The notes under the pieces are model-generated. The model saw only the letters and a list, made by a program, of their open reading frames with translations, was not told where the DNA came from and searched no databases. Below are positions 12,001 through 25,839 of a stretch of DNA of 64,000 nucleotides, one piece after another. Source of the stretch: Prorocentrum cordatum (Eukaryota). A program made the position numbers and the translations under genes. The number at the start of each line of letters is the position of its first letter. Within the stretch, counting starts at the first letter, position 1. Where the stretch lies: contig CAUYUJ010000002.1 of assembly GCA_963575745.1 (NCBI GenBank), forward strand, positions 1,550,001-1,614,000. The letters run 5' to 3'.

Positions 12001-14720
12001 CCCCAGGGACGGCGAGGTCCCGCTCAGGCCCGCGCGGTGCTTCATTCCGCAGGAGCCACCAGCAGCCCTCGAAAGTGGCGACAGATTTGCAGATCGCAGC
12101 CCCCCAGGGACGGCGAGTCCCGCTCAAGTCCGCGCGGTGCTTCGCTCCGCAGGACCCACCAGCAGCCTTCGAAAGTGGCGACAATTCCGCAGATCGCAGC
12201 CCCCCAGGGACGGCGAGGTCCCTCTCAGGTCCGCGCGGTGCCTCACTCCGCAGGACCCGCCAGCAGGCCTCGAAAGCGGCGACATATTCGCAGATCGCAG
12301 CCCCCCAGGGACGGCGAGGGCCCCCCAGGGACGGCGAGGTCTAATTTGGGTCCGCCCGTGGCGTCACTGTGCTGGGCCCCCCAGCAGGCCTCGAAAGTGG
12401 CGACGGTTTCACAGATCGCAGTCCCCCCCCCCCAGGGATGGCGAGGTCTAATTTTGGTCTGCCCGTGGCGTCGCTGTGTTGGGCCCCCCAGCAGGCCTCG
12501 AAAGTGGCGAAAGTTTCACAGATAGCAGCTCCCCCCCTCCCCAGGGATGGCAAGGTCTAATTTGGGTCCGCGCGTAGCGTCACTGCGCTGGGCACCCCAG
12601 CAGGCCTCGAACGTGGCGACAGTTTAACAGATCGCAGCCCCCCCAGGGATGGCGAGGTCTAGTGCGGGTCTGCCCGTGGCGTCACTGTGTTGGGCCTCCC
12701 AGCAGGCTTCGAATGTGGCGACAGCTTCACAGATCGCAGACCCCCCCCCCAGGGATGGCGAGGTCTAATTTGGGTCTGCCCGTGGCGTCACTGTGCTGGG
12801 CCCCCCAGCAGGCCTCGAAAGTGGCGACAGTTTCACAGATCGCAGCCCCCCGCAGGCAAGACAGGAGGAGGCAAGAGGGAGACGGGACGGGAAGGAGGAA
12901 GTGGAGACCACACTGCTCTATTCAAAACGAATACCCAACCAATGATGGTTGGGAACAATTACCTTGGCGACGTACCCAACCCCTGCGCAAACGCGGGGCG
13001 CGAATAGTTTAGGACACTTTATAAGGGGGGCGATGACAGAGCGAGGGTTACAGATGTCTGCAGACGGAATTCGAGAGAGTCGCAGGACATTGGCTACAGG
13101 ACAATGACTGGATATAGCTGATGAGTTACAATCCCTGAGCAACCCTAGCCACTTCGAAAGCGGGGATCTCATATCGCAGCCCCCCAGGGATGGCGAGGTC
13201 TGATTTGGGTCCGCGCGTGGCGTCACTGTGCTGGGCCCCCCAGCAGGCCTCGAAAGTGGCGACAGCTTCACAGATCGCAGCCCTCCCAGGGATGGCGAGG
13301 TCTAATTTGGGTCCGCGCGTAGCGTCACTGTGCTGGGCCCCCCAGCAGGCCTCGAATGTGGCGACAGCTTCACAGATCGCAGCCCCCCAGGGATGTCGAG
13401 GTCTACTTTGGGTCTGCCCGTGGCGTCACTGTGCTGCCCCGCCCAGCAGGCCTCGAAAGCGGCGACAGTTTCACAGATCGCAGCCCCCCAGGGATGGCGA
13501 GGTCTAATTTGGGTCCGCGCGTGGCGTCACTGTGCTGGGCCCCCCAGCAGGCCTCGAAAGTGGCGACAGTTTCACAGATCGCAGCCCCCCAGGGATGGCG
13601 AGGTCTAATTTGGGTCCGCGCGTGGCGTCACTGTGCTGGGCCCCCCAGCAGGCCTCGAAAGTGGCGACAGTTTCACAGATCGCAGCCCCCCAGGGATGGC
13701 GAGGTCTAATTTGGGTCCGCCCGTGGCGTCACTGTGCTGGGCCCCCCAGCAGGCCTCGAAAGTGGCGACAGTTTCACAGATCGCAGCCCCCCCAGGGATG
13801 GCGAGGTCTAATTTGGTCCGCCGTGGCGTCACTGTGCTGGGCCCCCCAGCAGGCCTCGAAAGTGGCGACAGTTTCACAGATCGCAGCCCCCCAGGGATGG
13901 CGAGGTCTAATTTGGGTCCGCCGTGGCGTCACTGTGCTGGGCCCCCCAGCAGGCCTCGAAAGTGGCGACAGTTTCACAGATCGCAGCCCCCCAGGGATGG
14001 CGAGGTCTAATTTGAATCCGCCGTGGCGTCACTGTGCTGGGCCCCCCAGCAGGCCTCGAAAGTGGCGACAGTTTCACAGATTGCAGCCCCCCAGGGATGG
14101 CGAGGTCTAATTTGGGTCCGCGCGTGGCGTCACTGTGCTGGGCCCCCCCAGCAGGCCTCGAAAGTGGCGACAGTTTCACAGATCGCAGCCCCTCATGGAT
14201 GGCAAAGTCTAATTTGGGTCCGCGCGTGGCGTCACTGTGCTGGGCCCCCCAGCAGGCCCCGAAAGCGGCGACAGATTCGCAGATCGCAGCCCCCCAGGGA
14301 TGGCGAGGTCTAATTTGGGTCCGCCCGTGGCGTCACTGTGCTGGGCCCCCCAGCAGGCCTCGAGAGCGGCGAAAGTTTCACAGATCGCAGACCCCCAGGG
14401 ATGGCGAGGTCTAATTTGGGTCCGCCCGTGGCGTCACTGTGCTGGGCCCCCCAGCAGGCCTCGAAAGCGGCGAAAGTTTCACAGATCGCAGCCCCCCAGG
14501 GATGGCGAGGTCTAATTTGGGTCCGCCCGTGGCGTCACTGTGCTGGGGCCCCCCAGCAGGCCTCGAAAGTGGCGACAGTTTCACAGATCGCAGCCCCCCG
14601 CGGGCAAGACAGGAGGAGGCAAGAGGGAGGCGGGACGGGAGGCAGGAGGGAGGAAAGGAGGAAGTGGAGACCACACTGCTCTATTCAAAACGAATACCCA
14701 ACCAAGGAGGGTTGGGAAAA
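9091..14720 (+). mobile_element. Three head-to-tail modules (9091-11261, 11262-12957, 12959-14720), each carrying a ~101-bp satellite array
   Basis: Shared head ACCYTGGCGACGTACCCA at ~9093, ~11265 and ~12961. Shared tail TGCTCTATTCAAAACGAAT...GGYTGGGAA at ~11218, ~12914 and ~14677. Unit core CAGCAG(G/C)CCTCGAAAGTGGCGACAGTTTC(G/A)CAGATCGCAGCCCCCCAGGGA(C/T)GGCGAGGTC is repeated dozens of times. Confidence 0.8.
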
Positions 14721-15309
14721 AACGAACAAATGAAACAACTATCCGATCGGTCTGTGCGGCGCCCCGGCGGAGGAGCTGGCGGAGGACCGGGAGCTGCTGC
14801 GCGCGGAGCTCGCCGCTCGGCCAGACGCCGCCGCCCGGGCGGCGGCGGTACCCGGGCCGCTTGCGCAGGTCAGCGTTCTTTTGCTTGTCGCTGGCGGCAG
14901 CATCGTCGACGACGACGACGACACGACGACGACGACGACGTCGGCGACGACGTCCCAACGCATTGGTAAAAATCAAAACGAAGGTTTTTCGCCGTTTGCG
15001 GCCTGGGGCCATCGCTGGGCCTTGGGATCGCTGAGGAATGGCTTTGGGATGAAAAACCGGCCCTGGAGAAAGGGTCGGGATTTCTGGGGACCCCGCATTG
15101 AAACAAGAAGACAACCAACACGAATATCGCCGGTTACCGTCACCGAGAGAAGATGATCCCGATCTCGGTGATGGTGGCTCCATTCGGGCTTCTTAGGCGG
15201 CCGACAGATTGCCACCAGCACCAGAGTCATGGATAATCACATCCCCCCAGTCGAGGCAGCCTCGTGTGTTGATACCAATTTCCAGGCCTCCAACCTTTGG
15301 CCCTTCGCT

Positions 15310-17200
<1,891 letters not shown>

Positions 17201-18309
17201 ACCTCCTCCCCCTGCCACCTCTACTCGATCCTCCGGCCAGAGCGGTGCGTCGCCACGATTGCATGTCTCATGCGGCTACATTGGATCACCACCCCTTGAG
17301 ATGTACCGAGGATTCCGGGAAGATCGGGAAGTGTACGATCGCTGCTTGGGCTGTCATTTCAAAACCCATCGGTGCTATGGTTGCGCTCTCCCTCCAGGGC
17401 TGTTGTGTGTGTGTGTGTCCTCTGCTTCCGCCGATTTTCCTCACGATCATTTCTTTCCCCTCGCCCCGCACCCGGGGCAGCATGTATGTTACTCGGGCGA
17501 GCCCGCCCCTGCCCCGCGCGCCGGGCGAAGCCCGCGTGCGGAGCAGGGCAGTGTACGACCGCTGCGACCGCACCAGGCGGCGGTGCAAAACGGCCGTCGC
17601 CAGCCTGGCCCCTCAGCGCGCGCGCGTTCCCTCCTTCGACGCCCGCCTCTGCTTGTCGGGCCCCATGCGCCCCCCACTGGAGGCCGTGGTGCCATCGGTA
17701 TGGCAGCGGAGCGCTATACCCAAAAAGCTGCTGGCCCGCCTGTGGCACGTAGGACGTAGGCCAGATTCGGGGCGCCACGCAAGTGCTCGAGATGATTTCG
17801 TAGGAGCGGGCCTCCAAAAACCCTCGCTCCAGTCCTTCCCGATGCTGTGGTGCCACGCAGAGGCAGCAAGGCGGGCGTGTTTTCTGTGTCGGTTTCCTGG
17901 AGGCTGTCTTGGGGCCCCGAGGGCCATCCGAAGTCGTCCCGCGGAGGTTTTTTTTTACCCATGGAGATCAGGTAGGCATACAGTGGAGGCCCATGCCTAG
18001 AAACACCCTGCTTGCCTTCAGGGTGCCCTGGGTCTCTTGGGTTGCGATGGTTTTGCCATGGAAGGCGTGGCGTTCCCACGCCAAAAATCGATGAACGTTC
18101 TGGGGTCTCAGGGCTGGGTTTCTTGTGGCAGATTTCTTGCGGGCCCCACCTGTAGGACCAGGGCTTCCAAAGCGCCCTGGAGAGACTGTCGAGCGGTCTC
18201 CCGCCTCCAGAGCGGCTGCGGCGCCCGAGGCAGGCTTACGGATTCGTTGGCTCTTTGGCATCCCGAGTTGTACGCACCCAAAGTTTCATGAACGGTTTGT
18301 TATGCAACG

Positions 18310-19010
18310 ATTCTGTGTATATACATGCATATACATACAGACATACAGACATGCATGCGTACATACAGGCGTACATACGTACATGCATACATACATCTAC
18401 ATACATACATAAACACACATACATATCTATATATACACATATATATAGGTATTTCATACATACGCATGCAGACATGCAGGCATACAGAAACACGTACGTG
18501 CGTGCGTACATACCTACCTACATGCATACATACATACGTACATAGGTATACATACGTGTATATATACACATACCCACATGCATGCATACACACGTACATT
18601 CACACGCATACATGCATGCATGCATACACCCGCATATATGTATATACACGCAGCACATATGTATATATATATATATACGCATGCATTGTTGCATGTATCC
18701 ATTCATAGTTACCTACATAATTACATACATTAATGCATCCACTCGTATGTGTATACATATACACATACATGCATGCATATATACAGCCCGACCTACAACC
18801 AGACACACACACACACATATATATATATATATGCATGCATGCATGCATGCAGGTATGCATACATACATGTATGCACACATACATGCATGCATACATGGGG
18901 GCACGCATACATTCACGCATACCTTCATGTAAATTTAAGTACACATGCAGGATTCTACACACGTGTACAATCAACAAAATATAGGTGTGTATATATATAT
19001 ATATATATCG
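18310..19010. repeat. (CATA/TACA/TA)n low-complexity tract
   Basis: Alternating purine-pyrimidine CATA/CATG/TA runs. Confidence 0.9.
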
Positions 19011-21054
19011 TGTCTGAGGCCGGGCCCGGGGTCCTCCGGATCCAGAACCAGTGGCCAATGGCCAAAGGTCTCCTGCACATGATCCCGTATCCCGCAGGAT
19101 CTCCCCTACGCATGCCCGTATTTCTTATCGGATGCTTTGTTGCATATTTGATTGTGTGTTGTCCCGTGTGTTCTTCCTCAGGTTCTCCCGTATGGCTTCC
19201 AGTTTGCTCTCCGTCATGGTTTGTGGTATGTTCTCGTGCATGCTCTCCCGTGTGGTATCCCGTATGCTCTTCTATGCAAGCAAGACGCCGGCAGAAGGAT
19301 CTTTCTGGGCTCAGGAGGCGGGGAGAGGCTCTGGTTCCTAGGCCAGTCCTTACCTGTGAGTCGGGGCACGTGCTCCCTGCGGAGGCTTCCCGTGGCTAGA
19401 AGAGCCCCTTCGTCATGTCATGTGTTCAGCGCTCCCTGTGGCATCACGATGACTGCCGGCTCTCAGGCGTGCTCTCCCCCTTGTGCTCTCCCCCCTCCTC
19501 CCCCCTCCTCCCCCCTCCTCCTCCTCCTCCTCCTGCTCCTCCTCCTCCTCCTCCTGCTCCTCCTCCTCCTCATCTCCTCTTTCTCCTCCACCTCCTCCTC
19601 CTCCTCCTCCTCCTCGTCCTCCTCCCCGCCCTCCTCCCCGCCCTCCTCGCATGGTGCACTCTCGCTTTTCTGCTTGAGTATGCCGCATGGTCAGGGGTCG
19701 AAGTCAGGCGACAGAGACAACCGAAGGCGGCGTCGCCGCTGGCCGCATGCGGAGCCGTGCGGGCCAGGTCGGCTGTTGCGCCGCAGCGTCCTGCTCGTCC
19801 GTCGGTCAAGATCCGCAGAAAGCACCCGCACACGACCACCATGCCCGGCCAGGGCCAGCTTGGGCCCTGGGGGTGGTGCGTAGAGCGTAGACCCTCCTGG
19901 CCTCGGCCAGGCGGGCGTGGGCAGCACCCTGGGGCTCCAGCCCTGGGTGGGCTCGGAGCCGACGGGGTCGGAGGACTGCGCCGCATCGGCGATGCGTCGG
20001 CGATGCGTAGGCGCCGTCGGCGTGGAGAAAATCGGGCTCCACATCGAGCCGGATACATCGACGATGCGGCTCGATGTGGAGCCCGTGTTTCTCCACGCCA
20101 GCGTCGCCGATGCATCGCCGACGTCGTCGGTTCATCGCCGATGCATCGCCGATACATTGGCGATGCATCGGCGATGCGGTGCGATCCTCGGGCCCCCTCT
20201 GCTCGGACCCCACCTGGGAGTCCTGTAGTGTAGACCCTCCCGGCCTCGGCCAGGAGGGTGTGTGTGCAGCACCCCGAGGCCCAAGATGGCCTTGGCCGGT
20301 CACGGTGGACAGGTCCTCCTCCTCCTCCTCCTCCTCCTCCTCGTCCTCCTTCTCCTCCTCCTCCCTCCTCCTCCTTCAGGATGAAAATTCAAAAATAGTG
20401 AAAAGTAGTTTGGGGACGATGTTTGGGCATTTTTTCAATATTTGTTGAGTATTTTTAATCCAGAATCCGCCTGTATGAGGACACGCCCGACCTAACGGCA
20501 GTCTTCGCAGGAGGCACCTGTCCATCCATGAGATCACACGAGAACGCGTAGTGTACGCAGCACACATCGCGGCCTATCTACTAGATCGGTCTCTGCGTTC
20601 GCTGCCGATCTGGTCGGTCATTTGTTTTGGTGTCGCTGTGGACGCTCCCCTGGCAACACGGGAGGGCCAGGGGTGCACGGGGCGCTTCCCACTCGAGCAG
20701 GGCCGCCCTTGCGGAGCGCCCCGTGCCCGCTGAGCGTCCCGCCTGAGCAGTGCGCGTGTTTTGCCTTCGCGCCCGCAATGAAACCACGAGAATGCGACAC
20801 CACCACCAGCAATTTGGAGCCAGCTGGGGGTCTGAGGTGACCCGGCATTGGATGCAGCCAGCAGGCAAGGGGGGGAGGTTCGAGGTTCTGGGTTCAGGGG
20901 GTTTCTTAGCTTGTCTCAGCTTCTGGAGGACGTCTTCGGGGTCCTCCCGGCTGCCTCCAAGGTCCTCTTGGTGGTGTGATCCCCCTCCCCGCTCGAGACA
21001 TCTCCTATCCACAGCTCGGGGAGGCATCGTGGACCTCCTCGCTGGAGATGGCAC

Positions 21055-21620
21055 CATTGGTGGTGGTTGTGGTTGTGTTGGTGGTGGGTGGTGGTGCTGG
21101 TGCTGATGCTGGTGCTGGTTCTGGTGGTGGTGAGGCGGCGGTGGTGGTGGTGGGTGGTGGTGGTGGTGGAGGTGGTGGTGGGTGGGTGGTGGTGGTGGTG
21201 GTGGGTGGGGTGGTGGGTGTGTGGGTGGGTGTGGGTGGTGGGTGTGGTGGTGTGGTGGTGGGTGGTGGGTGGTGGTGGTGGTGGTGGTGGTGGTGGTCAT
21301 GGTCATGGTGTGGTGAGGCGGCGGTGGTGGTGGGTTGTGGGTGGGGGGGGTGGTGGGTGGTGGGTGGTAGGTGGTGGGTGGTGGGTGGTGGGTGGTGGGT
21401 GGTGGGTGGTGGTGGTAGTGGTGGTATTGGTTACTGGTTGTGGTTGTGGTGGTGGTGGTGTGTGGGTGGGTGGGGGTGTGGGTGGGTGTGTGTGTGTGTG
21501 GGTGGGTGGGGGGCTAAGTGGGTGGGTGGGTGGGTGGGTGGGTGGGTGGGTGGTGGTGGTGGGTGGTGGTGGTGGTGGGTGGTGGTGGTGGTGCTGCTGT
21601 TGCTGCTGATGCTGCTTCTG
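21055..21620. repeat. (GGT/GGGT)n G-rich microsatellite
   Basis: Direct reading of the sequence. Confidence 0.9.
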
Positions 21621-21769
21621 CTGTCGCATTTTTGTCCTACGGCCGTGCCAGCAGAGCCGCCCCCAGCGGAGCGTCCCTCGGCGGGGGCGCGGCGCCGTCA
21701 GCGCCCTCGCACGAGCTGCCGTGCGGGGGCGCGGCGGCACCAGCGGCGCGCTTCCGCGAGAAGTGCGAG

Positions 21770-21996
21770 CGCTCGAGGTTCTCGGCTACTCGATGTTGAT
21801 CAGCAAGGCCACTGGGGAAGATGGCGGCGTGCGCACGGCGCACCAGTACGATGTCATGGTCCGCGTGGCGAGTACCAAGGTCCTGGAGCGTGGCGACCCC
21901 GATTGGAACCTCTACTTCACGAAGATCGACACGGACCTGCTCAAGCAAGCGAGGAGCAAGGTCGAGGCCAGGGCGGCCGAGAGGGCTGCGTTGTAG
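21770..21996 (+). other. Short coding-like fragment, possibly an exon or retroelement remnant
   Basis: LEVLGYSMLISKATGEDGGVRTAHQYDVMVRVASTKVLERGDPDWNLYFTKIDTDLLKQARSKVEARAAERAAL with strongly GC3-biased codons. No family recognised. Confidence 0.25.
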
Positions 21997-22549
21997 GGGG
22001 GAATTCTGCTCTGGGGACCGAGGGGTGTCTCGAGCGAGGGCGTGGGACCACACAGCCTGGATGGCCTGCCCTGGCGCTTCGCGCGGGAGGTAGTGGCGCC
22101 GCGTTGTCTTGCAGGGGGCCCCAGGGACACACCAGTAAACAGACACGAGCCCGAGGATGTCCCGATTATTTCTTCATATGTCCTGAACTTCCGTCTCCCC
22201 CCCACTCAGTACATGTCCCACGTCGTCTTGGGAATCGACGATGGTTTGTGTCAATGCGTCTTCTTCCTCCTGAGTTTCTTATGTTCCTGCTTCCCTTCCA
22301 ATTTCTTTCGGGCTCCTCGGTGGGTTTCCTCCGCTCGTCCGCCCGCGGCCTTGGCCCGCGCGCCAAAACGCGCCAGCACCCCACCCGCGCCCGCCCGTGG
22401 CGGCGCGGCCTTGTCGGACTCCCGAAAGCCTCGATACGCCAGTTTTGGGGTGCGCTACGTGCGTTGAAGTTTCGGGTCTCCCAACTTCACGAAGTCTTGG
22501 GCGTGATTTTGTTGCACAGTACAGTCGTCCATCCTGCTAAGCTTTTCGT

Positions 22550-23160
22550 TTCTAAGACGAATGCGCGCTGCGCTGAAGCGAGAGCCCCACGTTGACAACA
22601 ACCAGCGCCCAACCCTCAAAACCGTTGCGACACGATAAAACGAATGTTCGCAGGGCCATGGCGAGAGCTCCTTTTTGAAACAGGAATTCGCTTTCCACCC
22701 GCGAAGCTTGCACAAGGTTAGCTTTATGCGCGCGGCGCAAGGGCGAGAACGCCATGTTGAAAACGACGCACCTGATACTCCGTGAAGTAGTACAGACGTT
22801 GATGACACATGTACGCGGCGCTACGGCGAGACCACCACGTTGAAAATTGCCCCTCGAATTGCGGCAACAATTGCAAATGTCTAAAACAAGTGCGCACGGC
22901 GCCAAGACGATGGCGACATTTTACTAATACGACCCTCTCACCCGTGAAATTGCTGCAAATTCTGAAGACGAGTGCGCGCGGCGCTGAAGCGAGAGCCACA
23001 TGTTGAGAAGGAACCGCCCTCCGCCAGTGAAACTGCGCGGCGCTGTAGCGATAGCCACCGTTTGATAACAAACGCCCCCCCGCCCATGTGTGAAACTATT
23101 GCAAATGTAAAACGAGCGCGCACGGCGCTAAGGTAATCGCCGCGTAGACGAGTACGCGCG
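22550..23160 (+). repeat. Dispersed degenerate tandem family (GAATGCGCGCGGCGCTAAGGCGAGAGCCAC...TTGAAAACGA)
   Basis: The same motif recurs at ~24880-25010, 28960-29280 and 33560-33870 (+ strand) and at 37050-37500 (- strand). Confidence 0.75.
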
Positions 23161-23804
23161 GCGATACGGCGGACACTGCAAAAGTCACATGTTACAATTC
23201 ATTGGGTTACGCCGCGCCACCGACCCTTTGGGGCGGCAGCAAGAGTGAAAGACAAAATTCGCGGAACGCGCGCGATCGCTGGGCAATCTTGGGGGTTCGG
23301 CCTGTCCTTCGTAGCGGGTGGGGTTCAAATGGGGGGCATTGTAGGAGATTGTTTTGAAGTGCTTCGTCGTCTTATGTGAGTTTGTTGGGGCGCTCACGGG
23401 GCCTGTCCCAGACCTCCTTTTTTCCACCTCCTGGATAGGTTCGGGGATCGTTGAGACCCACCTGGGGTTGCGTCCGGCCAGAAGTGCGAGAGTGGACCCA
23501 GCTGTGTCGACGAGGAGCTTCCTGAAGGCCCAGAGGGGGCGGAGAGCGCCCAAGACCTAGGAGTCTCATGCCTCGAGCCTCGATCCACACCGTGTTCCTT
23601 CCTTTGCGAAGGGGTGGCGCCTGCCAGGGATGTCGATCGTCATCCCCGACTTTCGGCAGTGGTCCCCGGCGGTTCCTGGAGGCTGAATTCGAGGAGATGC
23701 CTCGGGTGACCGAAAGACCACGGACATGTGTGAGATATCGGCGGCGACGACGAAATATTTTTTCTGTTTTGTTTTTCTTCCTCGTCCTCCTCTTCGTCCT
23801 TCTC

Positions 23805-24040
23805 CGTATCATTGTTATTATTATTGTTAGTATCATTATTATTTTCAGTATTATTATTATTATTAGTATCATCATTATTATTATTGTTATCATTATTATT
23901 ATTATTTCTAGTATTATTAGTATTAGTATTTGTATTATTATTATTAATATTATTCGCTGTATTGTTCTTCTTATTATTCTTATTATTAGTCTGCTTATTA
24001 TTCTTCTTAGTATTCTCTTTTTTCTTCTTCTTCTTATCGA
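23805..24040. repeat. (ATT)n microsatellite
   Basis: Direct reading of the sequence. Confidence 0.9.
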
Positions 24041-24189
24041 CCGAGGTGGATGCCAGCGGCAGTTCATGTATATACATATATACATATATAGTGGCCTTCG
24101 GCCCATCCCGACACCGTGCCTTGGTTGTCGGCCTGAGATCCTTGGTGTCTGGGCTGTGGGTTAGAAGCTACATGCCTCAAGTGGTGATT

Positions 24190-24720
24190 GGGGCTTCTTT
24201 TGAGCTTCTTGGCGGCGTCTTGGGGGGCGTCTTGGGGTCCTCTTGGGGCCTCTTGGGGGCCCCGGGGGCCTCTTGGGGGCCCCATGGGCCCTGTTGAGCG
24301 CTTCTTGGGTCCCCCTGGGGCCATCTTGAGGCAGAAGGCTAAGATTTTTGATTCAGGCTCCTCCTCTTGGGCCCCTCCTTGGGCCGTCTTGGGGCACTCT
24401 TGGGCCGTTTTGGGCGTTTCTTGGGCCGTTTTGGAGCCCTCTTTGGCCGTTTCGACCGCCTCTTGGGAACCTGTCGGGCCGTTTTGGGCCGTCTTGGGGG
24501 ACTGGAGCCGTCTTCGACGCCGCGAAGGCAGACAAAACGTGCATGATACAAATGTGGGTTAACCCCGAGGAATTCGGCGATGTTGGCCTCGTGGGCCCCT
24601 CTTGGGGATGCTCTTGGAGGCTTCCTGGGCAGTCTGGGAGGCTTCTGGGGCCGTCTTGGGGTCATGCTGGGCGTCGGGACCCTCTTGGACCGTCTTGGGG
24701 GCCTCTTGGGCGCCCCAGAA
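24190..24720. repeat. Degenerate TCTTGGGG(CC)-type short tandem repeat family
   Basis: Related tracts at 2300-2550 (opposite strand), 25215-25310, 25600-25820 and 47590-48030. Confidence 0.7.
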
Positions 24721-25839
24721 GCTGTCGTGCACCTCCAACAGGAGCCCGGAAAGAGCCGAGCTCCGGCCGGACGGCCCCCCCCCTCCATATCGACTGGACC
24801 GGGCTCCGGGGGAGGGGTTTGGGGAGGGGAAGCATCTCACACGCCGATGATCCCCAAGGGGTCGGCGGATTCTATCCTTGAAACTGTTGCACATGTGGAA
24901 GACGAATGCGCGAGGCGCGAAGGCGAGAGCCACGTTGAAGCAGAACACCGCCCTCCATCCGCAAAAGTGGCAGAAACTGCTGACGCGAATGATCGCGGCG
25001 TTATGGCGAGAGCCATTTTGCTACAACAGATTATTCACTGCGTGGAGCTCCCCATATGTGCATCTATTCGAATGAACCCGTCCGCCGTGAGTGTCTAGAC
25101 GCAAGAGTTTTCGAATATAAGCGAGCTTGAGTTGTGACGGTCTGGTCATGAATCCAATTGCGAATGAATTGGAGTGTGAATGAGCCTCAGCAGAACGAGC
25201 GCGTCTCTGCGCGTGAGCCTGGGGCCTCCTGGGGCCTCCTGAAACCTACTGGGGCTTCCTGGGTCCTCCAGGAGCCTTTTGGGGCCTCCCGGGGCCTCCT
25301 GGGACGTCCTAGAGGGGATTCGTGCCCCAGGAGAGGCCCAATCTATAGGAACAGACATACAAAAAACATTGCGGATTGGAGCCACAGGAGAATGTCAATC
25401 TATAGGAACACACGTAAAACGCCAAGGACTCGTGCCCCAGGAGAGGCCCAATAGATAGGAACACGAGTAAAACATTTAGGATTGTGTACACAGGAGAAGG
25501 ACAGTCTATATAAACATACGTATAACATCAAGGACTCGTGTTGCAGGTGAGGCCCAATGTATAGGATAATACGTAAAACACATGGGATTGGAGCCACTCT
25601 TGTTGCCTTCTGAGGCCTCCTGCTCCTGGGGCCTCTCGGGGCCTCATGTTGCCTTCCGAGGCCTCCTGGCGCTTCCTGTGGCTTCCTCGGGCGTCATGTT
25701 GCTTCCTGAGGCCTCCTGGGGCCTCCTGTTGCTTCCTGAGGCGTCTTGGGACATCCTGTGGCCTCTTGAGTCTTTCTGTGGCCTCCTGATGCCTCCTGGG
25801 ACCTCATGTGACATCCTGAGGAGAAGATGTGCCCACGAG

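Noticed and set aside
9212..14600. CRISPR-like look: constant ~60-bp block alternating with a variable ~40-bp block
   Set aside because: The variable parts are homologous to each other, not unique spacers. The units are too long and there are no cas genes. It is a satellite.
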